Assembly: GCA_976551045.1 (NCBI GenBank)
Contig: CDPCPM010000125.1
Coordinates: 62,001-126,000 of the forward strand
Direction of reading: 5' to 3'
DNA from: Glaucostegus cemiculus
Lineage: Eukaryota
Length of the DNA: 64,000 nt
In this document: positions 62,543-64,000 of the stretch, in pieces
How the letters are laid out: each line of letters opens with the position of its first letter
Numbering within the stretch: the stretch's first letter is position 1
Translations under genes and position numbers: made by a program
Notes under the pieces: model-generated
What the model was told of the DNA's origin: nothing
The model's input: only the letters and a program-made list of their open reading frames with translations
The model's database searches: none

Positions 62543-64000
62543 ACCTGACAAATAATACATATCCAGCCAACCACGGAAAAGGCTTTCGCACAATAGTGTC
62601 TGTGCGAGAACAGCAGCCCGAGTGCAAAGCATCCTGTCGTGAAAATCTGTCTCAGGCTGTTTCTCAATCACTATTTCTTTGAAACAAACTCAGTGAAAAA
62701 TCATGCACTTGTCAAATCCTCATCTCGACACTGACAGGCGATCATTAAAAATCTTCGACTCACATTCCAGTCAGATATTTTTCACGCTTTCCAATCGTAT
62801 GCAACCTCCGTAACTGGAGAACAATTAACTCTTTATTTTTTTCAACACGGCCCCAATACGTTTTGATTCCAAACACGAAAGGACAGACACTCCTTTCACG
62901 TCATGTGGAGATTTCTGATGATTGATGAATTGGATTCACTGTGGCTATTTACCCCACGCCACCAGTTATCCATTCATTATGATCTGCCAACTGACAATAT
63001 TCACCTTGAAATTCTTAGCCCTCAAGTCTTTCAATCTGTGCGTCTGTTTCCTTCCAAGTCGCAATCACGCGAGACTTACTCTGTTATTTAGCAACTGTCT
63101 AATGGGTCGGGACTGCAGCTGACTGATTGCGAGATGAGGGCGACGGATACGAGTGGGATGAGAGCTGGTTCATCTATGACCAAGATCTATCAACTCAGCT
63201 ACTAACTTACAGGCAGAGAGGCCAGTTTCCAGCACGATAGCAGGCTCACTCTGTGGAGGATGCCGTGCTGACTGTATCCAGAAGAGACGTTGACTGACAT
63301 ATCACTGTTTTCTGGTGCAGATGAAGATTCTCACTGGAGGAGACCTTCACTCAGCATCAATCCCTCTTTCATTATTTGCCTCCATTTTTATCTGTCTCCG
63401 AAGCTGCAGTAACATTTGTCCCAAAATGTTCGCCTTTGATCTCTATGCCAGACGCTTCATGTGGGAAATATCACGGTGAAGCTGGGCACTGCTCCATCAC
63501 AGGAAAACCGCGCCTCATGTATGAGATAACCACCCAGCCTCACTCCCAAAGTTCTTTCCTCTTTATTAACCCCCCGCCCGACCCCCACCAATATCAATTT
63601 TTGAGGGATCATGAGAACGTAAGAACATGGAGCAGCAGCGGGCCGCAAGGCCGATCAAGGATGCTCCGCACTTAATATCATCGTTCCTCCCAATGGGAAC
63701 CCGCCTCATGAAATGTCGTTGCACCGAGATCAATCCCTGAGTCAGGGATAGATTGAAAACTATAATAATCAAATCAACAACAGTGACAGCCAGGTCGAGA
63801 GTGGTGACCTGCCCTCAATCTATAACCATATCCAGCGCTGGCGACACAAATTCTCATCCCTGAACAAACGCTCGGTTGTTGGGCTTAGTCTCTTTCATTT
63901 GAACGTGTAGTTCTCATCACTAATCCACACGTTGCACAGAACGGCAGGAAAATTCACCAACACACATTCCAAACGGGAGGTTCTCTTGTAGAAGTTCGCC

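Larger units (their letters stand above)
55386..63330 (+). repeat. tRNA-Glu tandem block, duplicate of block 2
   Basis: Near-identical to 17937-24940 plus an extra 951 bp. Confidence 0.88.
42525..64000 (+). repeat. Higher-order segmental duplicate of 5234-25610
   Basis: Colinear, mostly near-identical sequence, including the shared inversion and shared deletions; offset about 37.3-38.4 kb. Confidence 0.9.

Noticed and set aside
42525-64000. Large duplication as a haplotype or assembly artefact
   Set aside because: Not favoured: the copies differ by about 10% in receptor protein, by a 951-bp indel and by mosaic tracts. It cannot be fully excluded without reads.

Overview
Vertebrate genomic DNA, most likely from a cartilaginous fish (inferred from the CR1/Rex1/Penelope repeat content and the receptor type). 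The window is a nested tandem array. Blocks of head-to-tail tRNA-Glu genes (27 copies counted by eye, CTC and TTC types alternating on a ~2.2-kb unit, only about 5 CTC copies near-intact) alternate with a ~10.8-kb cassette. Each cassette holds a two-exon class A GPCR of the GPR139/GPR142-like type plus LINE debris. There are four receptor copies: two intact (8599-11603 and 45873-48997, 325 aa each), one nonsense pseudogene and one 3'-truncated copy. The upstream flank of a fifth copy runs off the window end. A >20-kb higher-order duplication (5234-25610 vs 42525-64000) overlays the array. Receptor paralogs differ mostly in their extracellular half and are sequence mosaics. Rearrangement scars include an inversion with 69-bp inverted duplications, a 951-bp deletion between tRNA trailers and a 5'-truncated L1 with a 115-bp target-site duplication. 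All comparisons were made by eye, with no database searches.
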